From the IMG/VR virus record IMGVR_UViG_3300029305_006219: DNA of 64,000 nt; one strand, written 5' to 3'. The notes under the pieces are model-generated. The model worked only from the letters and a program-made list of their open reading frames with translations. It searched no databases and had not been told where the DNA came from. Made by a program: the position numbers and the translations under genes. Origin of the DNA: a virus. Below, in pieces: positions 36,829-51,765 of this stretch; position 1 is the first letter of the stretch, and each line of letters begins with the position of its first letter.

Positions 36829-39800
36829 ATGGCTAATTAGGAAAGAATTAATTTCTAGGTTGGTTTTAATGTAGATTAGTCTGGTTTAAATTAGTTAAAA
36901 ACAAGTTTATCTAATTTATAGAATATGAAACCAGCGGACTTAACTAATATTAAAAATTTGGCTGAGGCTAAAAAAGAATTATCTATTATTCAACAAGAGG
37001 CTAAGAAAGTATAGAATGCACTTGAAGCTAGTTTTAATCCTACGTTAGGCACGCATAACATTGATATTTTTAAACAAAAATTAATAGAAAATGGTGCTTC
37101 TATTTAGGATATAAAAAATAAATTTGCATCTGCGGGTGCCGAAGGTACAACTGCATTTAGAAATTTAGCAACAGCAATTTCATCAACTAAATTACCGCTT
37201 CAAGAGACACATAATTTATTGCGCTCTATGGGCACTACATTGATGAATACTATTAAATGGTCTATTGCATCTTCAGCTTTATAGACGATCACTTCTTCTG
37301 TTCAATAGGCATGGAATTATACTAAATAGCTAGATAAATCATTAAACAATATTATGCTTGTTACTGATAAAAGCGCAGAGTCAATGGAGAAATTTGCGCG
37401 TCAAGCAAATAAAGCGGCTAGGGAATTAGGTAAAAGTACTAAAGATTATGCCAATGCTGCTTTAATATATTACCAACAAGGTTTATCTGAAGAAGAGGTA
37501 AGAGCTAGAACAGAAACAACGCTGAAAGTTGCAAATGTTACGAAACAAAGCACAGAAATGGTTTCTGAACAATTAACCGCGGTTTGGAATGGTTATAAGG
37601 TATAGGCGCAAGAAGCTGAAGCTTATATCGATAAAATTGCAGTTGTAGCAGCAACAACCGCAGCCGACTTAGAAGAGCTCTCTACTGGTATGTCTAAAGT
37701 TGCTTCTGCGGCTAGCAATATGGGAGTTAATATTGATTAGTTAAATGCAATGTTAGCAACTGTTATTTCCGTTACGCGCCAGGCGCCTGAGTCTGTTGGT
37801 ACAGCATTTAAAACCATTTTTGCTCGTATTAGTGATATTGAAGCGGGCTTAGATGCAGAAGCTACTCTTGGAGAATACACAAAACAAATGTCGCAATTGG
37901 GCTTTGATGTTTTAGATGCGAATAATAAACTACGCGATATGGGTAGCGTTGTTGAGGAAATTGGTAGTAAATGGAATACATTGTCGCGTGAACAATAGAT
38001 TTCATTGGCATAGACAATGGCTGGTACTCGTCAGTATAATAATCTTTTAGCGTTATTTGAAAACTGGAGTATGTATGAGAAGTCTGTACGAGATTCTGCT
38101 ACTGCAACCGGATTTTTACAAGAACAACAAGAAAAATATTTAGATTCTGTTGAAGCTCATTTAGAACAATTAAGCGCGGCAGGTGAGCGTGTATATGATG
38201 CTTTGTTTGATTCAAAAAGTACTAATAATCTTATTGATATTTTAACTGATTTTGTTACATTTTTTGGTAATGCTATTGAATCAATAGGGGGCGGCGGTAC
38301 TTTATTAATGGCTATTTTACCAGTAATGACTAAATTATTTTCTGGTAGTTTAGCATCTGGCATGGCTACATTTGTTACTAACATTCAAAATGCATAGCAG
38401 TCTGCTCAATCGCTGCGTGGATTATTAGAGAATATTAAAGAAATTCGTTTAAATGGGGATACTTTGACTTCTGATTATGATGAAAAAATTAGCGCTTTAA
38501 GAGAAAATTTAGTATTATTAAAGCAATAGGGTATTATTACAAATGAAACTTTTAATAATTTAACAGATACTATTAATGCTTTTGCAAATGCAGCTAATGA
38601 ATACGAGAAATCTATAGAAGCTTATGATCCTACTACAATAGGAGATTAGTATACAAAAATTTTATAGCGTGGCTTTAATATGCCTCCTGCTGGAAGTAAA
38701 TCCTCTGTCACAGAAGAGTCTGCATAGCTTTATATAAATCGTTTATCTGAATATGCTCGTGAAAATCCATTTTCAAATGAAGATTTTATAAGAATGGAAA
38801 ATTCAAGTGTTGAATATATGGATGCTTCTGCTGAAAATTCTTATAAGAGATTATATTTTGAGTTAGAGAATGTTTAGGCTGCATATAACGAAACTATAAA
38901 ACGTGCATAGAATTTAACAAAAATTATTAACAATACATCATGGGATAAATTTAAGCAAGAAGGAAGCCCTGCGGTTAAAAAGTTTAATGACGAACTTCAG
39001 CATACGTTAAATGATGTTAATAAAATTTCATAGTCTGGATTACTTTCTGGATAGGACTTAACTCATTTTAATAAATATGCGTCAGTATTAAAAGGATTTA
39101 ATAAAGATACAAAAATTACTCAAGAATAGTTTGATCAAATATAGACAGCCGTGTCTGAAATTGAGCGTTTAACTAAACGCGCAATGGGCAAGGGCAATAC
39201 AGAAGCTAAAAAGATGTAGCAATCTTTACGTGAGCTTGGCGCAGCGGGGGTTGAGGCAAAATCTACTATGGATTAGTTTGGTGTGGCTGCTGAAATGGCA
39301 TTGCGTAAAGCTAACCTTGAAAAGCAAATTAATTCATTTATTCAATTAACATCTAATATTAGTATGGCAATTTCTGCGTTGACAATATTGTCTAATTTAG
39401 GTTCTATTTGGAAAAATGAAGATTTAACTGTTGGAGAAAAACTGTTATAGACATTATAGAATACTGTTACTACAATATCATTATTAAGTCCATTGATTAC
39501 AGGTCTAATTAAATTATATAGTACCCATAATGCTAAACTTGCAGAAAAAAATATTTAGACTGCTCAAGAAATTGCTTTAACACAAATTTTAACAACATTA
39601 AAAGATAAAGAAGCTAATGCAGAAACTAAACTGTGGGCAGCCAAATGTTTAGTAGATTTAGCCGGGGATGAAATAAATGATGAACTACGCGAAGAAATTA
39701 ATAATCATATTTTAAACGGTGAAGCATTAGATAATGAAACTATAGCAATTTTAAAAAATGCTGCTGCTAAAAAAATTGCTAATAATACTGATAATCCTTC

Positions 39801-42800
39801 TTTTAAAGATACAACGAAAGATATTTTTGATAGTGGGAAAAATAAATTTAAAGATTTTGGTAGTGGATTCAAAGAAGGCTGGAAAGGCACTGATTTAAAA
39901 GGCGTTAAAGGATGGAAAGCAGGTGGCGCAGGAGCCAAGGCAGGCGCAGCAAAAGGTGGCGCTGCTGGTATTGGACAAGCTATTGGAGCGGTGGCGCCTT
40001 ATATTGCAGCATTTGCAGCAGTGGCCGCGATTATTACAGGAACTGCAGCAATCGGCATTGCTGTTTAGAATAAAGAGCAAAAAGCTTTTGAGCAAGCAAC
40101 AGAAGCTGCAAAAGCTCAATAGGCACAATTACAAGCCACACAACAAGAATGGGATAATTTATAGTCTTCTATTTCAAATCTAGAAAATGCTAAAACTGCT
40201 TTAGAAGATTTAACTGAAGGAACGGTTGAATGGAATAAGGCTTTAACAGATATTAATAATCAAGTCTTAGATTTATTAACTAAATATCCTGAATTAGCAT
40301 CATATATGGAGCGCGATCCTATTACTGGAGAATTATCTATTGATCCAGAAGGCTTAGAGCTAATATAGCAGAAATAGTATGAAGAACTACAACGTGCTAC
40401 ATCTCGTACCTTACTTACAGATATGGCTGCCGATCGCAAGGAATATGAGTATGCTCGTAAAGAATATGTAGAAGGTTCTAGTTTTGGAGGTCAAGCAGGT
40501 GCAGATTTAGCAGCGGGAGCAGGTGCCATTGGCGCCACAGCAGGAGCTGGTATTGGCGCAATTTTTGGACCGTTAGGTATGGTTATCGGCGCAGCTATTG
40601 GTGGAGTTGGCGGCTTAATTGTTACAGCGATTACGGATGCAAATGAAGATACTAAAGCTCAAAACTTAGAATCTGATGAATCTTATCGCAAAGCTATGGA
40701 TGCCTATACCGCTGGTAACACAGCTGTTTTTAATTCTTATGAAACATTAGCAAAGGTTTTAGGTAAAACAACGAATGAGTTAACGGATACTGAAAGAGCA
40801 TTGGTTGATAATACTGCAGAGACTAAGGCTTTAGCTGAAGCTTATCGTGCAAATGAAGCAGGAAAATAGGATAAATATATTGAGCTTGGTAAATCTATAT
40901 TAGGAGAAGGCTATTCTTTAGGTGAGTATTATGCAGCAGGAGAAAAGGCTGATACAGAATACTAGGCCTCATTAGAATAGGTTAAATCTCAATATGCTGG
41001 TTTTGATCAAGCAGACAAAAAAGCAGGAATAGATTATTTAAAAACATTAGGGTTAGATGAGAGTAATTTTGTAGGCACTAAAGGTTCTAATAGATTTTAG
41101 TATATCGATGCGGAAGGCAATGAACAAGATATATCGATGACTTAGATATATGCGGCTTTAGCTTCAGATATGGCTTCAGATTTAGCCAAATCGACTAAAG
41201 GCATTACGACAATGGCATTGGCGCCAATTGTAAATAAATTTCAAGATGAAACTGCAAAATCTGCTGTATCATTATTAAGATCTGGTAATGCAAATTATGA
41301 AAAGTTAAATAAGGCTGCCTTAAAAGAATTAACATCAGTTACATTAACCGCCGAAGAATTAACTAAATTAAGTGAAGCAACTGGTAAATCTGCAGATGAT
41401 TTATTGAGTGTTCATGAGGCTGCTGTGACGGCAGCTAACGCCTCATGGGATAAAGTAACTTTAGATATGCCTATTCATATGCAAGCTGCTTTTACTACAT
41501 TAGAAAACTCAATTACAACTGATTTATTAAGTCCTGAGCAGTGGGCTGCATTTAGTGGATATTTTACTGAATTATGGGAGCGCTATGGCGCAGAATCAGC
41601 TAATAAATTTGCTGCCGTATTTACTTCTATGGGTGAAGCATCAGATGATGTTATCGTAGCAATATAGGAAATAGATTGGTCTTCTATTGATAATGTTGAA
41701 AATGAAATTAAGAGAATTTTTACAGATTTAAATGTTACAGTTCCTAATGATGTTTTTGATGATTTTACGGCACAATGGCGTGCTTTGTGGGGCCAGGCCA
41801 TTACTCTTGAAGAGCTTCAAGATAGTTATGCTAATTTTCAATCTATTATGCAAAAAGTTGCAAAAGAGAGTAAGATTGCATAGGATGAATATGATAAGTT
41901 ATCAGATAAACAAAAAGAGTATTTTACCGTTTTAGCTGACGGTACAGCATTATTAATTGGTAATGCTAATGAATTATACTAGCAAGGTAAAAAAGACGAG
42001 AGAGAAAAGTTTTTTAATAGTTTAAATATTAGTCAAGGTAATTTACAAAATTATACATAGAAAAATATTGAAGCAAATAAAGCAAGAGATGACCTAAATA
42101 ACCTTGATAGAGTATCAAAGTTTATTGATGTATCAAATTTAAATATTCCAAACACAATAACAGTTTCAAATATACCTAATTTGACAAGTGGAGAGGCTTC
42201 TTTTGATACAATTGTTGCTGCATTTACAGGAAATAAAACTGGAGATCTAACATGGTCTAAAAATTAGACACAAATTATAAATGCAGCTTGGGAAAAAATA
42301 AATAATGCTTCAGCATCAGATTTATATTATAATAAGGATAAATTTTTACTTTCTGGAGGTTTTGGCCATTGGGGGTAGAGCCGAGTAAAGGAACAAAATG
42401 CCTTACAAGGGTTTAATACTTTATTTTCAGATTATATAGATATATTAATAAAGAAAAAAGTAGCAGCCGGAGATTTAATTGAAAATAAAGATTATGACAC
42501 TTATGAAAAAGAATATAATGAGCTGCAAGGTAAAATTGAAAGTGAAGTAAGTAACACGACTATAAATGAAGAACAAAGAAAGTATGATGGTGTAATGCAT
42601 CAGCTGCTTACTACTTATGATTCTGTCACAGAGCTTGAAAATGCATTAATTAATGGAACAGCAATTAAAGATTTTGTAAAGGGAGATATTTATACTGTTA
42701 CAGAAGACTAGAAAAAATAGGCTATTGAAGCTATTGAACTTCGTACTGTCATTAATTCGTTATAGGGACAAGAAAATGAATTAAATTTAGATAGTTTTAA

Positions 42801-45800
42801 TATTTTTAAAAAGAATTTTTCATCTCAGGAAGAAGCTTTAAAACAGCTAATTTTAGGACATAAAGATTTATCGCATTTAATTACTGATAATACTAATGAA
42901 CTTGAATATTTATAGAAAGCTTATGAGTCTTTAGGTAAAAGTGAATAGCTTGATAATTTAATAAAATAGTCATCTTTATTGTCAAAAAATATTAATTTAA
43001 CTCGGTAGTCATTAGGACGTGATGTTCAGCTTGATAAGACAATTATTGAAGCTAATTTACAAAATGTTGCTACAAATATGCAAGCAACTGGCATTAAAGT
43101 TGACGCAGCTTTGTTTAGAAAAATGTTTGCTGCAGATGGAACTTTTGATGCGAGTAGTTTAGTAGCGTTAGAAACATATTATGCTGAAAATGTATCAGAA
43201 ATTATAAATAATCCTATTTTAAAAGAGAGTTGGAATAATTTATTTGAAGCGATAGAAAAATCATAGTCTAATTATGAAGAAAACTATAATGCATGGCTTG
43301 ATAGTATTTATAATTCATTTGATAAAAATCTTGAAGTATTAGAAATAAAACTAGAATTAGCTTTTGATAAAACAGATTTTGAAAGAGCTTATAATGATTA
43401 TATTAAAACTATTTATGATGATGATTATGTAAAAATAGGAGAAGTTTTATTAGGAGATATTAATACTTATGCAGATGATATTAACAATATTAACGAAGCA
43501 ATTAAGGGCCTCAATGAGGGATTAATAATTTCAGAGGAGACTTTTGAGAAATTTTCATAGCTACCTGCTGAAATTACTTAGGCTACTTATGATGCTATGG
43601 ATGACAGTGCCAAAAAGTTTTATGATGAAGATACCTTAAAACTTCGTACAGACATTTATACGTTAAAAGGTGCTGAAGAGAAAAAATAGGAACTTTTAAA
43701 CCAGTTAATGGAAAAAGGTCTGTCCCTTGAAGAGGCGCGCGCCGCAGTTTATGACCATATTAATTCGTACTTAGATGATGTATCTAGTGCATATGAAACT
43801 TATATTGGATACCTTGAAGATATTTCAGAGATATTGGAACAATAGGTTTCTTTAAATGAATTACTTTATGGAGATAAAGCATTTAAATATTTAGATGGTT
43901 ATTATAAATCTGCTTTAAGCAATCAAACGAAAATAACAGAAAAGCGTAGAGAAGATTATGAGACTTAGCTTAAAGAATATGAATTAGTAAAAGATAGCGA
44001 AGAATTGAGCCCAGAATAGGCTGAAAGATATTTAACTGCTCGCTCTAATTATTTAAGTGAATTGGTTAATAAAGCTACTCTTATTACTGAACAATTTGCA
44101 AATGATGTCAAAGTAACCATTGCAAACTTTGAAGAAGAGGTATTTGGTAATACTGTTGCATCTCTTAAAGAAGAGTGGGAATGGTTCAAAGATATGAGTG
44201 ATGATTATCTGGATTAGATTGATGCTGGCTATGGTATTGATGCTATTGAAATAGCTTTTGAAAAGGCATTATAGTCTACTAAATTATCTGTTAATGCGCA
44301 ACAAAAACTAAATGATTTAAGAAATCTTGAATTAAAGGCTTTGCGCAAAAAGGATAAATTAACTCAATATGATTTAGATAGGGCGCAAAAGCGTTTAGAC
44401 TTATTACAAGCAGAAATTGCTCTTCAAGAAGCTCAAGAAAACAAAACTCAAATGCGCCTAATGCGCGGAGCAGATGGTACTTATAGTTATCAATATGTTG
44501 CTGATTAGAGTAAAATTTTAGAATAGCAAGAAGCTTTAAATAAGGCGCAATAGGAACTAGTTAACTTAGACGAGGAAGAGTTGAAAAAGACTTTGGACAA
44601 TGTAGCTTCTCTTTGGGAAGATTGGCAATAGACTGTCTCTGAAAAGATTACTAGTGGCGAATGGGATAAGGAAGAAGATGCTCAAGAGTATACAGATAAA
44701 TAGTTAGCGCGATTTAAAGATAGTTAGCTTCGAACAAAAGAGTTACTCGATAAGCTTGGCTGGAGTGCAGAAGATGCATAGATTAATTTAGGTTTAGATT
44801 ATGAGTTAAGTGAAATTTTTACCTGGTTATAGTCAGATTGGGCCGAAAGTATGACCACTGCAGAAAGTACTTTTGCAGATAAGTCGCAAGAGATTATAGC
44901 TGAAATTTTTGCATCTAAAAAAGAAGCCGATGAACAACTAAATAATATAAATATGGCTTTTAAAGGTATTTCGGATAATTTATTATCTGACACAGATGGT
45001 ATTTTATCAAAATAGGAATAGGTTATTGAAAAATTAGAGGCAATACGTAAGGGTATATTAGGAGACGGAGAAGAAAAAACTGAAAGTCTACTATCTAGTA
45101 TAAAAGGGTTAGAAGGTGCAATTTCAGAATACACTGGTACAATCGCTCAGACGGTTCAAGGGGCTATTAATAATGGATTAGGACTTTAGGGCGGTGGATC
45201 TCCTGATACCAATCTTAGTCTTAGTAAAAGTGATATTGAAGATGCTCAATATTTTCTTAATAATAAAGGATTTACAGTTACAGATACAGTATCGACTTCT
45301 GGTGGTGCAAAACCTGGAGACACTAGCTTAACAATAACTGGAGAATTGGACTCAGGTACCGAAGAAGCGATTAAAGAGTATTAGCTCCGAATGGGATTAG
45401 CTCCTACTGGTAAATTAGACGCTCAAACTTGGGAGGCAATGAAGAAAGATCCAGAATGGGAAAAATCCAGTGGAATTAATGATGCAGGTTCCGATCATCT
45501 TGATTTTATTGACAATGAATAGAATATAAAAGATTTGGCGCGTACTTTAACTGAGATGGGTCATGGTTTGTTTTACGAGGATTTAACAACATATACGGGC
45601 GCTCTTAGAGACATGGTGGCAAAGATTCAAGAAAGAGCTGGTTTACCTGTCACTGGTTTAATGGATAAAAATACCTAGTAGTTAATTGAAAGAATAGGCT
45701 CTTATTAGACTGCTACTAGATTAAAATAGTATAATGAAATGTTTAATAAGAATTATTCATCATGGGCAGCTCTCAATCAAAGTGGAGATTTATCTAAAAA

Positions 45801-46257
45801 CATAACGCAAAACCAAAACTCAAATGATAGAAGTGGAGTATATTTAGATAATGCTGAAGAGGTTCTCAATTTTACAGAACTTTATAATAATTATAGACGA
45901 TTATCTAAGTTTGATACTGGTGGTTACACAGGAGACTGGGGCGCCGAGGGCCGACTTGCGATGCTTCATGAGAAAGAAATAGTTCTCAATAAACAAGACT
46001 CTTCGAATTTCCTTGATGCACTTGATATTCTCCGCACTTTAAATCTTTCGATGGTTGATTAGATGGCGAATTACAATTTTGGTTTTACGCATTCTCAAGC
46101 GGCATGGGAAGCGCTTAATAGTTCGACTATTGAATAGATTGTTAATATTAATGCGGAGTTCCCGAATGCTACTGACAAGGACGAAATTAAAGAAGCTTTT
46201 GAAGACTTGGTTAATTTAGCATTGTAGTATACAGGTAAGAATTCTCGAGTTAAATAA
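36829..46257 (+). CDS. tail tape measure protein (about 3142 aa, many tens of in-frame TAG codons)
   Basis: Track ORFs 37354, 37750, 38017, 40423, 41170, 43078 and 45739 are all in frame 1. Hand translation of the intervening stretches meets only TAG, never TAA or TGA, until the TAA at 46255-46257. Gly/Ala-rich glycine-zipper TM-like segments (GWKAGGAGAKAGAAKGGAAGIGQAIGA..) are present. The TP901-type region EELSTGMSKVASAASNMGVNID and the C-terminal FDTGGYTGDWG block are recognisable. A hairpin terminator follows at 46261-46295. Confidence 0.6.
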
Positions 46258-46363
46258 AATAAGGCGGCTAAGGGCAACTTTAGCCGCCTTTGGGCATTTC
46301 TATTTAATTTATTTATTATAATTTTTATATTTTTAGAAGAGAAAAAAGGAGGTATAATAATTT

Positions 46364-49300
46364 ATGAGTAATAAATATGCTGATAATTTATTTCAAGCTA
46401 TTGAAAAAATAGCCAATACTAATTCAACTTGGAGAGTTGTTACTGGTGAAATCGTAAATTGCACTGCATATATTGATGGACAATACGTTTATAAAGTGCG
46501 GTATGAAGGAAATATAAGAACCGTTAATACTCCTTTGAGTTTGGCAGAAGGCGATTTAGTTAGACTAGGAGTAGATAATACTAATACAATAAGCGGAGAG
46601 CAATGTTTTATTTTAGAGAAAATTATTTCTAATACATTGACAGAAACTCAAAAAATATCAAAATCATATACTAGAAAAGGAACTGTGCTTTCTATTGATG
46701 AAGAATTTGATTATTCCCCGCAAGAATTAGTATTATATGATATAGAGGTGCCTGATGATTCGATTATTTCTAAAGAAGAAATAAATAATTTAAATGTTAG
46801 TTTAAACGAAGAAGATTTTGACCATATAGTTTTAAGTTTAAATTATACTTCGGCAATAGCTTCTACGAAAAATAGAGCATTGGTGGTTACTATAAAAGAT
46901 GACTCAAAGCCCGCGAAAGAGATTCTAATAACTCTATCATTTTTATAGACTTCTTTAATTCAAAAAGAAGTTGCTTAGGTTAGTGAATTTATAAAAACAG
47001 AAGGTAGAATCTATACTATTACCAAAGTTGTGTTAAAGGGTCTTGAGGAAGGAGACAAAGTATCTAATATCAACATTTATTGCGCCAAAAAGAAAGAAAC
47101 TTCTGATTTGTTTGAGGTTATTATCAAGGCGCGTGATGGGTTAACTTTTGTCTAGAATGATGTTGATTCAATCTAGGTCAGCGCCTATTTATAGTTTAAA
47201 GATGCAGGTTTTAGCTAGGCTTTTGATAATAGTAATGTAACGTATGCACTTTATGCATATAATGGTGCAGACACTTGGATTCAAAAAATAGCTCCAGGTA
47301 CAGAAACTACATTTAGTATTCAACGCGATTGGATTTTTAATCAAACAAGAAAATTTAAAGTTGTTATTAGATACAATGGAGAGGATTTCGAAAAAGAGTT
47401 TACTGTTCGTAATTTAGCGGCGTCAAAGATTGACGTTATTGTTAGCTCTTCTCAATAGAATAAGGATTATTATCTTGATGATAATGTTATATTAATAGGT
47501 AGTCCTGGAGAGGGTTATACTTACTCTTGGTATAAAGCCGATACATTAGGTGGAGAATGGAGCGAATAGTTTGGTAAGACGGATGCTTCACTTATAGTTC
47601 AGAATGCAGATATTGTGGATCAAGATGAGTATTTATTTGTCGTTTATAAGAATGTTGAATATGTGGGTGAAGCTTCGATATCAGTCTTTAACAAGTAGGC
47701 GCTTGAAAAAAGTATGATTTCTTTTAGTATTTAGTATTTATCTTCAAAAAAAGAGCCTAAAGAAGATACTGACGGTTGGCAAAATGAAATGCCAGAAAAA
47801 GAAAATGATAAATATATTTGGCAAAAAATAGAGCGAATTTATATTAACGGATTAAAGTTGGTTTCTATTATTAATATAAGTGGCGCAGACGGAACACCTG
47901 GCGCGCCGGCGATTTCAATACAATCTAATGTTGAGACTTTAACTTTTATTAAGTCAAGCATTGGCAATATAAGTCCTGCCTCAATAGGCTCTATTATAAT
48001 TACAGTCAATAAAGGCGGGGTTGCAGATACAGTCACAAATTATTTTTGTAAATGGTATAAAGGTACTGATTCTAATATAATAAATTCTAATTTATCTTCT
48101 AATAAGAATATTGAAAATGGTATATTTACTTTGGATATTGAAAATATGGCTATTGGATAGGTTGTTTATAAAGTTGAGGTTTATCAAGGTGAAACCACCG
48201 CTACAGATCCTCCATTGATAGGAACTAAAACTATTACAATAATTTGTAATGCAGCTCAAGTTAGTTATACTTTAGTTCCTGATAAGAAATAGATTACTAT
48301 TACTTCTGAAATGCTAATTGATTCGTCTAAACTTCCAAAAGTGCGTTTAGACGTTTATAAAAATGAAGCCGGAATATCAACTCCTATTTTAATACAAGAT
48401 ATCAATAACTCAAAGATAGCGCCTAGTATCGAAATAAATGGTAGTAGAACAATAACATCATTAGTCGAGGGTGAAACAGACTAGACTAAAATACGTTATT
48501 TTCAATACTCTATTACAGAAAATGATTTGAAAACTGCCGAAAATATAATCTTTACTTTAAAAGTAGCTGACCAATTAAATACAACTGCTAAAGAATGGGA
48601 TACCGAAACTTTAAGTTTTATTATTACAGTTGATAAAATAGAGCCATAGTACGCAGGAACTTTAACTTCAGCTTAGCCGGATATAGAATCAGATGCTATT
48701 GAGAACAGTGAGACAGAAAAGAGTTTAGTTCCAGGTGGTTGGTCTACATCTCTTGATAAAGTCGTTCAACTTTCAGGTATTTTATATATTTGGTATCGAG
48801 AAAAAATATATTTTAGTAATGGAACATATGATTTTACCGATCCAAGAGTTGATAGTTCTGAAATGGCTTTAAGAGACTGGGCAGTAAGTGAAAATAAAAC
48901 TTTAATTGATGGTTCAAAAATTTATACTGGATCCATTAGCGCTGATAAAATAAATGTTGATAATCTTAATGCGCTTGCCGCCGAAATTGGCGGTTGGAGT
49001 ATAAATGACTATGGCATTTACAAAGACGATGGAGATAGTAAATCAGCAATGGTTTCTACCTCTGGAGAATAGCGTTTTGCTTCTGGAGGTACTATAGCTT
49101 GGGAAAATATTATAAGTGGAATAGAGTGGGATAGCGATAGGGAAAATGTTATTATTACAACAGACGATACTCATAAATTTAAATTTTCTTTTAGATTTAA
49201 AGGTAGACCATATTCAATGCCTTATGAAGGTAAAATTGGAGAATAGGTGTTTTCTTATACTAATTTTCAAACTTGGTTATCTAACGTGTTTAATCCATAG

Positions 49301-51328
49301 TTAACACTATATTATAAATAGATTAATATTAATAATGGTGAACAAGAAGCTTCTTGGTAGTTATTAAATAAAAATGTATATAGCTTTGAATGGAAAGAGC
49401 CAAAACAAAATAAAATTGAATGCACTGGTTAGATAAATAATACAGCTGGTTTAAGCGGCGGTCTGATTTTAAAAGTAGTAGTCATATATAAGAATTATGA
49501 TTTCTCTGGAATGACAAAGCCTACGTATGAAGTAACAGCAGATGGTAGTATGTCAGCAAAGTTAGGCTATATTGGTGGTTGGAAAATTGATGAAAATAGT
49601 ATTAGTGTTGAGAATGAGAGTTTCTCCCTTATATCAGACGATAGTAGTATGGGAATATCACTTTTAGGTGGAGGAAACTCACCGCACCGTATAGTTGTAG
49701 GCGGAAGCGGTGGAGGTGGCAGCGGTGATGGTGATAATAGCGGTGGCGATGATAATGGTGGTAGTGGAGATTCTACTACTATAACAGTTTTAGTTTCGAA
49801 AGAGAAAAGCATAACTCTGTCAGCTTAGAAGACTGAAGCAAAACAATTTTTACATGAAGGTGTAGATAGTACGTTTATATTAAACTCAATAGAAGGAGAA
49901 GGGGGTTCTTATATTACTTCTATTGAATATAATCCTGATACTAAGTAGATTACTGTCTATTATAGTAATCCAACCTCTTCAGATGCTTAGATAACTATTG
50001 GATATACTGTTCATACTTATTAGACTATACCAAATACAACTACGAGTAGTGCTAATTTAACTGCAAGTAGTAGTACTAGCTCAAGCAACTATACTTTTTA
50101 GTTATTAGCAGACGGTAGCCTGTATGCGAGCGCCGTAGATATTAAAGGTACTATTACTACAGAAAATGGATATATTGGTGGTTGGAATATCGGTCCAAAT
50201 GGATTATACAGTCCCAAATTAGCATCTGGCTCAATATTTAGTTTAAATAGTACTGGCATTGGTAGTTATGATTATCCTTTATTATAGTTACTTAGCTCTT
50301 TTAATATTCCTTCAGATATTAAAGATAGCATAAAATTAGAAGATTTGGGAGTACTTATAGAAAAGGAAGAATATATGTTAAAAGCATCAGCAAGATTTTC
50401 GTTCAATGGTCTTTCGGTAGACGAGTTTAATGCGCAGTATGGTTACAATTTTACAGTTAGTATACGTAATGAAGGAGATTTTTAGTATATAACATTTACA
50501 TATGGAGCGGAACTAAATGTTAAAACAGTAAAAATTGACATATTTGTTGATAATGTTTTTTCTACTTATTCTTTTGCCGTACTTCCTCGACATTTATATT
50601 ATTCTACTGGAAATTTATCTGGTGACATCTACTATGGTGACTGGATTATATTCGATGGCTTATATTTTCAAAACGGTTCTGACAATGGCGCGACTCCCTT
50701 TGGTACAAGTTTAAAATATATTGAAAGTGGTTATCCAACCATATTTTCTACAGCTACTGCTTTAAAAGAAGATCCTAACAGTGGAAATATAATAATATAG
50801 CCAGGGGAATATTTTACAGTTATTCTTAATCAAACAGTTTATTCTTCATGGTCATGGACGCTTATTAAAAGGAAAGCTGATGAAAAGACAGTTTTTTTAC
50901 TTACAGGTTCAAATGGCGATCCTCTTGCCTTTTTAGACTATAATGGTAATTTATTTGCTCAAACTGTAAATTCAACAGGTAGTGACTAGAGAATAAAAAA
51001 TTCGATTCAAGCTATTCCTTTTTAGTACGAAGAAGCTTATGATAATTTTGAACCTGTTATTTATAAATATAATGATGGAACCTCAGACAGATATCATACT
51101 GGTTTTATTGCACAACCAATGGCACAGGCGATCGAAGATGCAGGCTTAACATTGCAAGATTTTGCTGCAGTATGCAAGCCAGCCTATGACGGTGGTACTT
51201 GGGGTATTCGTTATGGAGAAATTGTTTCGCTGAATACATGGCAAATTCAAAAAGCTAAAAAACGTATCACGGCACTTGAACAAGAAGTTTAGAATTTAAA
51301 AGATATAATTACTTCATTGGTTAAATAA
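46364..51328 (+). CDS. giant tail fibre / host-specificity protein (about 1654 aa, many in-frame TAG) with a C-terminal peptidase S74 intramolecular-chaperone domain
   Basis: Track ORFs 46364, 47789, 48863 and 49511 are all in frame 2 and joined through TAG. A Gly-rich linker GGSGGGGSGDGDNSGG is present. The C-terminus SD(TAG)RIKNSIQAIPF...HTGFIAQPMAQAIEDAG...YGEIVSLNTWQIQKAKKRITALEQEV matches the auto-cleaving chaperone domain of phage tailspikes and fibres. TAA at 51326-51328. Confidence 0.55.
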
Positions 51329-51362
51329 CCAATGAAGTAATTATCTGAAAGGAGAATTAATA

Positions 51363-51650
51363 ATGGCTTTACAAAAACCAATAATTTAGCAGAATGGAGT
51401 AGTAACGCACTATCATCGTATTAGTAATTTGCATTTAAGCTCATAGGAAGAAAAACAGCATATTTTTTCTGTAGTTGTTGATTCCTATCTCTCAGAAGAG
51501 TCGCGTCGAGCAGATATTCATGATATATATGCAAGTGCTAGTTTTATTATTTAGGCTGAATGGTATGAAGTTGACCATTATGGCGCCTTAATTCTCATTT
51601 ATCAAAAGTTAAAAGAACTTAAATTCTTTGAAGGCGCTACAGATTGCTGA
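51363..51650 (+). CDS. small protein (about 95 aa, 4 in-frame TAG)
   Basis: RBS gaaaggag plus ATG at 51363. TGA at 51648-51650. A hairpin terminator follows at about 51710-51745. Confidence 0.4.
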
Positions 51651-51765
51651 TTAAAATTCTTATCAAAATGATTTAATCGAATTATTTTAGTTTTTATATA
51701 TTTATAGACAAAGAGAGAAATAATTTATTTCTCTCTTTGAATTTTAAGATAGGAGGTTATTGAAT

